Shown in pieces: positions 23,897 to 36,478 of a stretch of 64,000 nt of DNA. A program made the position numbers and the translations under genes. The notes below the pieces were generated by a model. It was not told the origin of the DNA. It made no database searches and saw only the letters and a program-made list of their open reading frames with translations. How positions within the stretch are numbered: the stretch's first letter is position 1; each line of letters begins with the position of its first letter. This DNA is from Lingula anatina (Eukaryota; Animalia; Brachiopoda). The stretch is taken from contig CM120646.1 of the NCBI GenBank assembly GCA_051362555.1, forward strand, positions 13,144,001 to 13,208,000, in the 5' to 3' direction.

Positions 23897-24916
23897 GATA
23901 TAGCTGTAAAACAATTAAAAGTGTATAGGCCCTAATTGAAGATTAAAGATGTATCCCGAATACTTATCAAATGAGTCTTGACAGGTGCTCGCGCTGGTAA
24001 ACTGCTTTCGTATCGATCATTATTCAGACTTGCCAAATGAAAATTAAGTAAATCTAATGACTTAAAACTAATGTAAATGAGTTGGGGGTAGCTAGGTCAC
24101 ACAGTGCAGAATGAAAAACACCCCCTATTAACAAAACTATATGTATGATACATTGTATACTATAACTTGCAACTTAGATATTTACCTTATGTATACATGT
24201 AATCTTGATCTTGAAGTTGGGGGGAAGGCATACACTTTTGACGAAAAAACGTATAAAGTATAACTTCTGACTTCTGTTGAAAATCTATACCCACCTCATT
24301 AAAATCTTCAAATATAGTTTACATATGTGAGTCAGAAATTTCTGCAAGTTTTGGTGCAATTCGAAACTAACCACACAATTCACTCCACCTGTCCACCCTC
24401 GTGATAAAATTGCGGGATTTCCAATGAAAATAGGTCAGGCGAACTCTCGCAAAACGAGAGACATAATTGGTGCTTCGGTATTAAATTTAAGTTATATTTT
24501 CATTATTTCATGCAACCATTGCCCCAATAAACTGAAAACCTTATTTGTGATCACACTGAACTTAAGAAATGTATCATTTGAAGGCCCAATCCGCATGTCA
24601 CATGATTTGTGTCACATGATATTTTACTAACCAAACCAGTTCAAGGTCAGTAGTTTGCTGCTTGGAGGGAAGTGTGGATCATAGAACCTTATGTGAAATT
24701 TGAGGTTAGTATGTAACTTTTTAGAGGGAATTAAGGTGTTTATTTGCTTGGAGGACGGCAAAAATGGCTGTTTTATTAGCTGGTGCTGCACGGGAGTAAA
24801 TTTGCGCTGATTTTGACAACTTCCAAGATTTTCCGTTGAGACTGAGAAACCAAAGAGTGTGCGGGATTTTCCTTTAAAAATTGAAAACATTCATTGATTG
24901 GCAATCAGTTTTAGCA

Positions 24917-26023
24917 ATGAAAACGACCTACAATTTCTGGCTTCTTATTGCTGGAGGGCTTTTGGTTACGTTGTTCATAAACTTCCTGTGGTCACCCTCG
25001 ACCACCAAAAAGACGCCAAGGAAGAGTGAATACAATGCGTTCACAATTGTGAGAACAGCCTCTACCACCAAACCAAGAGATTCGCCACAATTTGCTTACC
25101 TTATTCAAGGTGCGTCTGTTCACCCTGTAAAAAATCTCATAGCAACACCGAATCGGGAAATAATATGGCTGACGTACACGGACCAATCGGGGGATATTTA
25201 CTTTCCCAATAGCACCTTAGCTGAGGGTCGTAACCGACTACTGAAGGAAGCGGTAGACCGTGCGTCCGAGAAAAAAGATGGGGGCTATCTATACTACGTA
25301 TTTCTCGATGACGATGTGATAGTCGAAACTGTTCAGAACACAAGTTTTGAGGCAGTTTTACCGGAAAACTCTTATGATCGTTTTGAACTCTTTTTACTGG
25401 ATTTTCTGCCGGCGGTGGGCTACCCAAGACCCACGAATATGAAGACTAAACCAACTGATACAGTTGGCATAGCTTACAACTTTGATGCAATGATCAACGC
25501 GTACCATCGCCACACCATTTCTTTCATGCTGCCACTCGTAGAGGATTTAGATCACTTGTCATGGTGGTTTCCACAATGGTTTGTCATTCATGTTTCTGCA
25601 ATGTTTTATAATTCATACCGTATGTACACCCACACCGTATATAGGATAAACCCTAGACCACATTGGAAGAATAAGGTGAAGGGAGCGTACCCAGCTTCCG
25701 GTGATTTCACATTACCGCGAGATTATATGCGCACATGGTTTATTAAGGACATAATAGTTGATACCATGAACATTGGCAACGTTTCTTTGTTACAAACTTT
25801 TAAAAAACCGGCGATGTATTCATTCATTAATGGAATGGCGAGGCGGAAGGGAAATATGGAGTACAGAGTTTCTACGGAGTTCATAACCACTGTATTCGGC
25901 ACGTCCCATCCGGCCATTAAGCGGATTTTGCGTTGGAGAAATCAGCCCAAAGTGAGGAAGATTCTCTATGGAGAGGACAAGGACGAACCTAAGTTCATCC
26001 CAGATGTCCTCCCCTTGCATTAA
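24917..26023 (+). CDS. Intronless glycosyltransferase-like paralog GT3
   Basis: ORF 24881..26023; ATG 24917 (MKTTY) after ttttag; TM anchor; EGRNRLL..YYVFLDDDV; colinear with GT1/GT2 over the full length. Confidence 0.8.
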   Translation: MKTTYNFWLLIAGGLLVTLFINFLWSPSTTKKTPRKSEYNAFTIVRTASTTKPRDSPQFAYLIQGASVHPVKNLIATPNREIIWLTYTDQSGDIYFPNSTLAEGRNRLLKEAVDRASEKKDGGYLYYVFLDDDVIVETVQNTSFEAVLPENSYDRFELFLLDFLPAVGYPRPTNMKTKPTDTVGIAYNFDAMINAYHRHTISFMLPLVEDLDHLSWWFPQWFVIHVSAMFYNSYRMYTHTVYRINPRPHWKNKVKGAYPASGDFTLPRDYMRTWFIKDIIVDTMNIGNVSLLQTFKKPAMYSFINGMARRKGNMEYRVSTEFITTVFGTSHPAIKRILRWRNQPKVRKILYGEDKDEPKFIPDVLPLH

Positions 26024-26131
26024 GTCATGCAATGCTGTTGACGTTATTTAGTGCTATTATTAAGTGCCTGCATGTAACTAGCAATGTAATATATCTGCCG
26101 CTTAGTGGTTCCTAGTGGACAGTAACTGTTA

Positions 26132-26512
26132 ATGCCCCTATTTCACACAGACCACGAATCTCACGAATCGCCAGGAATTGTGGTCAAATTCGACACGCTC
26201 TACGATTCAGTTACGATACAGGTGCGATAGTGTTACGAATATTCGTGGGATTCGGCTGGAATCGCACGAATATTGTCCAGAAATTCACTATTTTTCACTA
26301 TTTTTTGGAATCGGGAGTTCGTGGCCAAAATTTTGAACAGCTCAAAATTTTTGCCATGAATTCCCGATTGATCAAGAATTGCAAGAACTGACTACGATTA
26401 TATACGAATCTGTTAAGAACTTCACGAACTGATTACGATTCAACCACGAATCCTGAAATTTAGCAATTCCTGGCCATTCGTGGGATTCGTGGTCTGTGTG
26501 AAATAGGGGCAT
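26132..26512. mobile_element. Non-autonomous TIR element (MITE)
   Basis: TIR atgcccctatttcacacagaccacgaatc / gattcgtggtctgtgtgaaataggggcat flanked by TA; internal cgaat/cgatt repeats. Confidence 0.85.
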
Positions 26513-27140
26513 TAGATGTCGTACGTATTTAATCTCCAGTATTATAATTATTTGTAAAGAAGCTTAAGAGTTTTGGTAGCACGATAAGTATTTTAATAAA
26601 GTTTTACAGAGCTCCGATAAGGAATTTTACTGTTTGCTTTAATTACATGGTTTGGTGGTGCAACGGAGGAAGACAAATGGAAACATTAATTGATAGAAGT
26701 ACCAAGTTCTGATCCGTGACCTGTACACTACGGCAAGGTTAAATATAATTCATTCTTGCGTGCTGAGCTGTTAATTTAATTAAATTATTTTTATTTTAAT
26801 CTTTTTACTTTAATTTTTTTATGGGAATGTTTTAAGTTGCATTATTTTTACAACAGATGTCATGAAATATAAGCAAGTATAACTGCACTTAGTCGAGAAT
26901 AATCTGAAGACTGACTGATTTTTTTCTTTTGGTCTTCATTCCCAAATCAAACGTAAAGAGTAAAGACTGAAAGAAAAGTAGAATGATATAAGTAACAGAA
27001 TCAAAAGTATAACGTAAACTTAATTGAAAACATGAAAACTGGGTGCAAACACAAATAGTGCAAAGAAAATGGCCTGAAGTAACAAAAATAATACGGAGAT
27101 AATGCTAAAACCTGAACGAAATACCTAGATAGCGTATAAG

Positions 27141-27436
27141 ACAAGCCAAAAAGTAAAATGGTTTTCCACTTATCGTGTTATCGGTGCTGCATATATGCTG
27201 AAAAAAGTGAAAAAACAGCATAAATTCCCTAAAAGTGACCCGATCATGCTGATTTTCGAACTTGACCTGCTTATTATGAATATTCATCAGTTCTGTAAGT
27301 TTCAAGCCAAAAGGTAAAATGGTTTTTCACTTATCGTGTTATCGGTGAAAGTGCACGACGGCGACGACGACGGCGACGACGACAGACGCAGGTGACGGCT
27401 ATATGTACAGACACATCTGTGTCTGTACATAAAAAA
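27141..27436 (+). mobile_element. HINE/DINE-1-like non-autonomous element
   Basis: Starts ACAAG; internal direct repeat; (GAC)n tract; 14-bp-stem hairpin 27402-27431 followed by an A run; interrupts a region similar to 16490-17070. Confidence 0.55.
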
Positions 27437-27915
27437 GGAAATCAAAATGTTATCAGGAAGTTAAGTCGAAGAAGTTACCTTAACGTTGAACGAAAGAAAA
27501 CTTGTTTCTCGACCGAATGTACAAGCGTTATAAAACCCACTCTACTGATGCACGGCGCAGAAGTAGAGTGAAGTTTGAAAACAAACCTTTCATATATATA
27601 TATATATATATACGGTTAGACAGAGAGTACTGCTTACTAGTATTTTGGGTGGTGCACAGGCGTGTGACTATGCAATAAGTACTGTGTTGTGCACCGTAAC
27701 GTTTTAATTAGGAGGGGTAGAGAGAATAAAGAGCAAGTATAAAGGGCAGACGCCAAACACATTCGTAACGGGATGTAGGCATCTCACCTGAACATACTAT
27801 CACCACAAAATACATCCAAAAGAACATGTTTATCCCGTTTAATTAAAGAAAAAAGAGAAAAAGAAATAGAAATAGAAGTTATTGAGGAAAAATACAAAAT
27901 CAAAAATATATACAT

Positions 27916-28095
27916 GTAACACCACTTGTGCACTACATCAAGCATTGACTGTATATCCTTCTCATTCTTGGCCAAAAGCACAACGTCATCTGCATAAAGG
28001 AGCAAACAAATCAGCACATCATTAACATTAATGCCCTTACCCAGACCATGCACCATATCAGTAATATAAATGTCAAAGAGTAAAGGTGACAGCAT
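27916..28095 (-). pseudogene. Non-LTR (LINE) reverse transcriptase fragment
   Basis: LSPLLFDIYITDM..LLLYADDVVLLA..IQSMLDVVHKWC; truncated on both sides. Confidence 0.85.
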
Positions 28096-28389
28096 AGCCA
28101 TTCAGGAAAAAAAATCCTGGCATCGAATTGCAGTGCTCATTCTTTTGATTAAATTAGTGTTGAAACGGCGTTGATGCTGTACATATTGATCCATATTCCA
28201 TAAAAGCGTCACAACTCCTTTCCATATACATATATCACTTGCTCTACCGACACGTACCCAACAGACCGTTTAGTATTCATTCTTTGTATCCATGAAAGGT
28301 GCGGGACCAAAGGTTCAAATTGCTTGTAAATAGGTGTTCATTTTACGTACAATGTACCTGCTGTATGAGGTCGTCTTTTCTTCACATAA

Positions 28390-29338
28390 GGCCACACTTT
28401 TTTTATTTTTATGGATGACATCCTGCGCGCGCGCCGATTTTCGCCCGTTCTCCGACCCCCCCCCCCTCAGCCCCCAACGAAGTCGGTTGTCGCAAACGTC
28501 GTTATTGAATTTGCCAGGAAATGAGCTTTCTGCGCATGCGTATTATCGCCACGTGGAAATGTGGCCGTTTTGCCGTCAAATTCATCTTTAGGATTACTTT
28601 CAAATTACACGACAATGAAAGTTATAAAGAGAACAGGCGCCGTCGTTTTGGATTGGTATTGGGCATGGAGACATCACCTTTTTACAATTGTGCGAAAGGC
28701 TGGCGGCAGCCAGCGATTATCGCCCGAAAAATTTCAGTGACATTCTGTACAAAGCAGCACATACCATGTTTTCTGTAGCGAAAAAAGGGTCGACAAGGGC
28801 GTCGAGGTATTTGGTGGGCTGAAGGTCGGACAGGCCACCTGGCAGTTTGGCTGCTTCGTGTGAGTCGAAGTAGACAAAATGGCATCCTAAATGACCTTTA
28901 ATAGATTTGGTAGTATTAAGCATATCTTTGCATCATTTTTTAAACATTTCTGTGAAGTGCTCAAAATGCTTTAATATTCTGAGAATACAAATAAAGACAC
29001 ACTGTTTGTTTGATATTTGTTTTATTGATTGCTATACCAACAAATTGCATGAAATAACCTTAAATAGATTTGGTAATATGCAGCATATCTATTCATGACT
29101 TTTTTTTTTACATTTCTACGAAGTATTCACAATGCTTTAATATTTTGAGAGCATGGATAAAGACATTGTTAGTTTGATACGTGTTTCTGTGGTAAAATTT
29201 GTGTTTCCAGCCGTGTACTGACAGCATTCCTTTACTTAAGCAGTATTTTTTTTTTTGGACTGCTTTTTTTTTTCGCCCTCTCGCACCGATTTTGGGGTAC
29301 CCAGAGGATGTCATCCATAAAAATAAAAAAATGTGGCC
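28390..29338. mobile_element. ~950-bp non-autonomous DNA transposon, GGCC termini, TAA TSD (Zator- or Harbinger-like)
   Basis: TIR GGCCACA..ttttatggatgacatcct; TAA on both sides; highly similar inverted copy at 62085-63029. Confidence 0.88.
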
Positions 29339-29963
29339 TAACGGACATTTGCACACACCACTTTACCAGCCCAAAGCAAGCTTATGACGGTGAGAGATAG
29401 AATTTATTATACTTTTACTGTAACATTAAAGGTGAAGATGGACATGCTTTAGTTTTTTTTTTACTTTTTTAACTTCCACTTCAGATTAAGATGAAATTTT
29501 TTCTGACATTTTTTTTCTGTAAAGACGTTATTGCCCTTACGGACGGTACATGTACATTTAGGTTTAGCTTTGGACACAGGAAGGTAGGCTTAGCTTTTTT
29601 CTCAGACTAATTGTGTTGCCAACTTCGGTCATTATCGAGCATTCGGCTTGTCGGGCTTTAGAGATGGTGCTGCTTTACTGTTTGTAGCATGTCAAATCAT
29701 TTTCTGCGAAATCGCAGATGTTCATGAGAGCAAAAGTGTTACGATTGGATGCATGAAAAACTCAGTTATATCCTTTTAGTGTCAAATGATGGACATAAAT
29801 TAGTACTCGATTTCCCTCGCTTTCTTGCCAGTGCTACCTTGCTACCAATAGTACTATTTGCAAAAGTAAAAAGCATACTTTGAATCTCCGCAGCAATGAA
29901 CTTTTTCAGATGCACATGATGTATCAAAGCAATTCAATTAACTTGGCATTAAAGAACGTAATA

Positions 29964-30247
29964 ATCTTAGAGAGTATTCAGAAGAAGATCCGCGGACTAA
30001 CAAATCCGCGGATCAAATATGGCTGACCAACATTAAAGCAGAGCTGACTAATCTGCAGATGGGTCTCCCCGCCTCCACACCCGCCGTCCCTGCAGGGGTC
30101 TAGCAATTAAATATCGAAGCCATGATCTAATCCGTTTAATGGCGTATGTGTAGGCGGGGAGACCATCAACGGATTAGTCTGCTCTTCTTTCATGTCGGGT
30201 CGGTCATATTTAGTCCGCAGATCATCTGTTCTTAATGCTCTAAGATG
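29964..30247. mobile_element. Degenerate palindromic MITE
   Basis: Imperfect inverted arms atcttagag..agatccgcggactaa..ggtctccccgcct / aggcggggagacc..ttagtccgcagatc..ctctaagat. Confidence 0.6.
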
Positions 30248-30267
30248 CCTTAAATGATAGCTTATAC

Positions 30268-30269
<2 letters not shown>

Positions 30270-30332
<63 letters not shown>
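30270..30332. repeat. (TA)n microsatellite
   Basis: Direct inspection. Confidence 0.95.
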
Positions 30333-30335
<3 letters not shown>

Positions 30336-30510
30336 ATTTGCTATACACCCTGCACTTATTTGTTTGTTGGATCGCTCAAATGTAAACTGTGTTTTGTTAG
30401 GTAGGTGACATTAAACAATGTTGTTATATGAAAATATGAAACAGAAAGGGTCACCTTAACTATAATATAAGTCCATTTTCATGCTGCCATATATTATTGC
30501 ACCTGCAAGT

Positions 30511-33500
30511 ACATGTAGTAAATGTTTTAAAGATGAATTTAAATTCATCACTTCGTAATATAATATAATAATACTAATGTTTATTTGCAACTAAAATTTT
30601 AAAAATTGAAAGATTTTGTGCGATCTCCCGAACAAGAATTGAGGGGTGATCACCCGCTGTTAAGCGCCTCCCTCAAGCGTGACCGGAGTTGACATCGAAC
30701 AATAGGCCCCTCGTAATTACCCGTGCGTTTTCTATATTTTTTATATTTGATATAAAAGGCAATCCTAAATAATTTCGACTTTGAAATTTTAGAACAGTTT
30801 TTGAGGTCAACAATATATGATTGCAATGATATATGATTCTGCGATATATGACTATGAATAAACGCTATCTATGGGGCAATGATAGCAACCCCTTCTTTAC
30901 TTTTTTCTAAACTGGCTGTCATAGCACAAGAAAGAGAATAATAATCATAACGTGACCTTGGGGTAAATCCCAAAATAACTGGTTCAATTCGTTTTCTAAC
31001 CAATCAAGGTGACAGCCTAGCTGACGTACAAAGTACATCGAAATGGGGGTGGGACAACATTTTTGACTAATGTTGTAAATAGTTATATTCACTAAATGAG
31101 AATGAAATTAATAAAATTGTTCACTAATAGTGTTAAGATGAAATAAAACAAGGTACTACATGTATGAGGATATTTAAAATACATTAAGCTAAAGATTCAT
31201 TTAAAATATGTTAGATCACCCCTTAAAAGGATTCGGTATATTTGAAGATGTAAAATTTCCCAATGCATATTTTGCAGGCGATTCCTCATACCGAAGGCAT
31301 GAAGACTACCTTCAAACTCTGGCTTCTCCTTGTTGTTGGAGGGCTTCTGGTACCACTGTGTTATATTTCACTTCTTCGGGCACCGCCGCCAATCAAAGAG
31401 ATGTCAAAGACTAGTGAATACAACAATCCTTCTCCTAGATTGGAGAGCACAACATTTACCACCGAAACAAAAAATTCTCCACAGTTTGTCTACTGTATCC
31501 AAGGTGCGACAATGCATGCTATACAAGGACTCAATGCTACACCTGATCGGGACATAATCTGGCTGACGTACAAAGACAGAACAGGGGACGTGTACTTCCC
31601 CAATAGTACCCTCGCCATGGGTCGGAACAAACTGCTGACAGAAGCGATTGACCGTGCGGCCAGATGGGATGATGGTGGCTATTTATACTACATTTTTCTC
31701 GATGATGACGTGTTGTTACTTTCTGAGCCTGATCAGGAACGTTGGTGGATGACAGATTTACCGGACAACCCGTATGATCGTTTAGAGCTGTTTTTACTAG
31801 ATTATCAACCCGCAGTAGCCTACCCAACACCTAGGATGAATCGCCCCAAGCGCCCGGCTACAGTGGGTATCAGTTATAACGTTGATGCAAATATCAACGC
31901 ATATCATAGGCACACAATTTCGTTCATGCTGCCACTCATAGTGGATTTTGATCACGTGTCCTGGTGGTTCCCACAGTGGTTTGTCATTCATACTTCTGCC
32001 ATGTTTTATAACTCGTATCGTATAATTTGCCACGCTGTGCACGTGAGGAACTCGAGGCCACACTGGAAGAATAAGGAGAAAGGTGCCTATCCCGATTCTG
32101 GTAATTTCTCGATCGCGCGAGATTACATGCGCTCATGGCTTATCAAGAACATGACAGTTGATACAATTAACCTGGGCAGGGTTTCTTTGTTACAGACTTT
32201 TCAGAAAAGCCCAATGTATTTTTATATCAAAGGAAGTGCGACTCGGAAGGGAGATATGGAGTACAGAGTTTCTACGAAGTTTATAACCACTGTATTCAAT
32301 ACGTCCCATCCTGCCGTTAGACGGATTTTGCAGTGGAGAAACCAGCCACAAGTGAAAAAGATTCTTTATGGGGAGGACGAGGACGAACCCGAGTTCGTCC
32401 CAGATGTCTTCCCCTTGCACTAACTAATGTCATGCTGTGGTATTGGTCGTACAAACGTCTTTGACACATAGTGCTATCAGTACTCGCTGTCATGTTTATG
32501 CTGATCAAGCTGTCTCAGTGTCGCTGAAACACCTGACGTCTTCGATAGGCCTATGTGTCGGCAATATGTATAAATAGTCCACTGCCAAACCCGCAGTTAG
32601 CCGAATGCAAGGAACATAGCCCATAAGGCTAACAGATATTGTATTTATTACATCATACATGTACAAGAGTATATCGTACAGTCGATGTTACTGCCAATTT
32701 CTTACTCTATCATATCAAAAAAGATCACATGACGTTTTCCTTGTTTTAATATTTTACTGTGATAACTTTCCACATTTTTAGATGAAGTGCAACTGTCTCA
32801 GTTTGTTCTGCGAATAGATTTTACTCTTACGTGTTATGTTTGCTCAGACATACCAGTAGCAGACAAGGCATCGTTGTTTACACTATAGTTTCGTACCGGT
32901 GGTAGGCGTCGTAAAGCAGGCTTTTAACAGTCAATTGAAACATTCTTTGTGTTTCTAAGCCAAATTAAAACCGGCCGTGATAAAAAAGTCATTAGTATCG
33001 GTATTATGAAATTAAAACGTAGTTGGGGGCAGTTCAAATGCAGGGACCATCTCAAGGCACAGAGCGTACGTCGTGGAGAAAAAAGCTGCAGAGTCAGCTA
33101 AAACAACAAAGTCATTAACTAAATTTTGCCTTTACTGGGAGTTTTACTTTGACAAGTGGAGAGAGCATTCTTGACGTCATTTTAACATGCCAAGACCTGA
33201 CAACTGCAAGAATTCAGGTTTGGGTTATACACGTAAGGTCAATTAAGCGACACAATCATAATAAAGTGTTATTAAAATGACTTTAATTATATGAAAGTGT
33301 TTTTCCACAAAACTTTCATACAGAACCTTTGTTTTATACATAAATTTTAATTTAACCATAACAATGTGCATACAGTAATTAAAGGAGTGGACTTCGTCGT
33401 TGTAGCAAATATTTTTTAAGAAGTTCCATATAATTATGAAAATAAACAAATGTGGGAATGATGGGATTACTTATGATTTTTACTTCTGTTTTAATATGGT

Positions 33501-33945
33501 GGCCATGTTGAGGTGCATTTTAATTAAAATAAAGATATATTTTTATCAAGTAGGCCCATTTGGTATATTTATAATATTCAATATTTAAAGATTGAAATAT
33601 TAATGTCCTTTAGCTGTCATTATGCTTTGATTGATTTTAATAGATGGACAGAAATAACATGTTTATTAACTTAAGATTTGAAAATACTACTTATAGACTG
33701 TTACTCTCATTTTATCTGACAAATTTACAAATTTATACCATGAATAAAATATATGTAAATGGTATACCGAGTAAAATCAATGAAATTAAGCAGATCTCAT
33801 TCAGGTGAAATCACTGAAAACTGTGCATAATGTATAGAGACATAAATATGCAAGAGTTTATGCGTATTTTTTAAATTTTATAATGATAATACATAGTATA
33901 TAGTTATTTGTGCTTCTTATGTACATGACTATCAATATATAACTT
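30511..33945 (+). repeat. Duplication block A, direct copy of 1-3432
   Basis: Near-identical sequence from acatgtagtaaatg to aatatataactt, including GT1/GT4. Confidence 0.95.
31299..32423 (+). CDS. Glycosyltransferase-like GT4, near-identical duplicate of GT1
   Basis: Translation differs from GT1 at 7 residues; lies in duplicated block 30511-33945. Confidence 0.8.
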   Translation: MKTTFKLWLLLVVGGLLVPLCYISLLRAPPPIKEMSKTSEYNNPSPRLESTTFTTETKNSPQFVYCIQGATMHAIQGLNATPDRDIIWLTYKDRTGDVYFPNSTLAMGRNKLLTEAIDRAARWDDGGYLYYIFLDDDVLLLSEPDQERWWMTDLPDNPYDRLELFLLDYQPAVAYPTPRMNRPKRPATVGISYNVDANINAYHRHTISFMLPLIVDFDHVSWWFPQWFVIHTSAMFYNSYRIICHAVHVRNSRPHWKNKEKGAYPDSGNFSIARDYMRSWLIKNMTVDTINLGRVSLLQTFQKSPMYFYIKGSATRKGDMEYRVSTKFITTVFNTSHPAVRRILQWRNQPQVKKILYGEDEDEPEFVPDVFPLH

Positions 33946-34169
33946 CGCATTACACAGTATCAGATGTGACTCCGCTCTTGCCTAGTACGCGATGTGATAG
34001 TGACGATTCTCAGCGGGGTTGAAAAGCATTGCATCACCACTCAAAATTTGTTCAGGGTATGATACTGTGTAATGCGATCTGACACACACCTTGAAAACGG
34101 GTTGTGTGGTCTGATCTACCGGTGAATTCAGGATCATTCGGTGCCGAGTCTGGTAGTTGGGTAGGCCTG

Positions 34170-36443
34170 AAGATGATATACATTATTTAAAATCCATGTT
34201 GGAGCACAAGGCGGTGACAATATCACGTGAGATAAATGTCACCGATTAGTTTATCATATTGTCAGGTCGCCTTACTTTCAATTGTGACTAAATTTTATAT
34301 AACAAAAAATTATTTTTAAATGTTCTTCTAAGTGACACTTCTGCGTACCACCATATTAAAGTTACAAAAACATTAGTACCAGTGCAGCATTTTAACACAT
34401 AGTAGAAAAAGGAAAACAAAAAATAATGTCATGACTTTGAAAGATTAATTTAATATATATTTAATATTTAGAATGAAATATCGACAAGCATTCTTTGAGA
34501 GTCGTTGAAATGTAATCAAAACATTTTAAATGTTAAAACATACCGACAACGCTGCAAGAGACGAGAGGCAGTGACCGGAGAGAGAAGATAAAAGTATAGT
34601 TTACTTGTGTATACTAGGGATTACTCCCATAACCCTATCGCACTAGCAGGATCGATCTATCGCCGATGGGATTCTCGCTAAATTGCATTCAGTAAGTGTG
34701 CCCCCTAAAAGCGTCAGTGGGCGTGACAGACATTTAAGCCGCTTAAACTGAATGCAATTAAGCGAGACTCCCCTCGGAGTTAAATCGATCCTGCTAGTAC
34801 GATAAGTTTATGGGAACCCAGTCTTAGAAGTGTTGCAGTCTCTCACGAACTACCTTTGCTGAGGGGGTGGGGCCCGATAAAGACACACCCCGTGGAGCCA
34901 TCATTATCATGCTCGCTGAAAGTATTCAAATAGTATCCAAAGATCGAACTTACTGTGTAGAAAAAAAGGCACAATATGTGCACTCAGTCCGACCTTAAGA
35001 GTGGGTGCGGATTGCATTGTGTAATGACAGTGCTGTTGCATTAAAATCCAGCTTCGATTGTTACAAGTGAGAACGTGTGTTCACGGGAGGGGGGGGGGGG
35101 GGCTATATACTTACTTAATTAAGCAACATGCCCATAGACAGAGATCAGACAATTTACGTAACTGACATGTAGGGACACAAAGACATTCAGCTAAACAATG
35201 TGTGACCCAGGACATCCCTGCGTTCGCTGATAACGTGTACAATGCGTCATCAGATAAGGTATCAATTGGGTTGATGGGACAGCGGCATAGGCACACTTTG
35301 CTTATCATGCGATTGTTCAAAATATATGAACATTGCTGCAGTCACAATTGACATTGGCCCGAGTACAGCTCACCAACAACGACTATTGTATATCAACATC
35401 GAGGCAGAGGGGAACGGTGGGCACATTCAAGCGTGTCTGGCCTAATTGGTGGACCCGGGGCTACACACATAGTACATACATGCTCAGTAGACTATTTCCT
35501 GGTAACGTTCTCCGTTCTCCGGTTCAAGCAATAAGCTATTGTCTCTGTAAACGCTGCACACGTGAATACCTGCTATGTGAGTGAGCAGTTTTGACCTGTG
35601 TCTCCCGAGCTTGGTAGCGTGTGAGCGATATCTGCTCCCGAGGCTTGATGTGATTGCCGTTTACCTGGCTGGGTCCATGGATAACAGTAAGGGCATTTTT
35701 GCAATCAGTCACAAAACAGCATGTCTCTGTTACATTTGGCGGCATCCAAGGGTCAGTTGACACTACAGTAGGTTTTTGTCGGAAATTTCTAATTGTGGGC
35801 AGTCCTTCTGATGCCTCGACCGTTGGTTTGTTTTTTGGTAATGACGTAAATTCGGTGTTTATTTCATGACGGCAGGACAACTCAGTTCAAGAATCGTAAC
35901 TTTTCTCAACAGTTAAATATCGGTATTTACGTTAAAAAGCATGGCTTATACATTTTTACAAATAAATTTTGATAGTAGCTGATGTAATTTCATTTTACCA
36001 AGAGACTAGATACGGTAAGGATATTTTGGAGTTAAAACGATGGCCAACAGTTTTCGTCGAATTTATAACTAACGTACTACATGTATACATGTATAACTGT
36101 AGATGTGTAGCAATGAGAAATATATTTTGAAAATGGGAATACAGTGAAGGGAAAACAATACATTTTTTCAAGATTGTAAGTGAGGTCGTCTAGGCGTAAC
36201 AAGCATCATGTGGGATACACATGCTGGAACGATCTCCACAAATGGTTGAAAATCTTGAACATCACACGTTTCTGTTTGCAGTCTTGGAGTTCTTCCGTAG
36301 TCCGGTAGGTAGCGCTTGCATCGCGTTTGTGGTTCTTATGCTTGCGGCCTACTGCTGCTGGGCTGGCTACAAAAGTGGCAGAACTAGAGGGATAACGCCT
36401 GCAGAGAGAAGGAGGTTATTGCTGGCTGCAGGTAAACCATTCG

Positions 36444-36478
<35 letters not shown>

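Noticed and set aside
28334-29387. Short ORFs here and at 62460-63124 as coding genes
   Set aside because: They lie inside a non-autonomous TIR element, show no domain motifs and change frame between copies.
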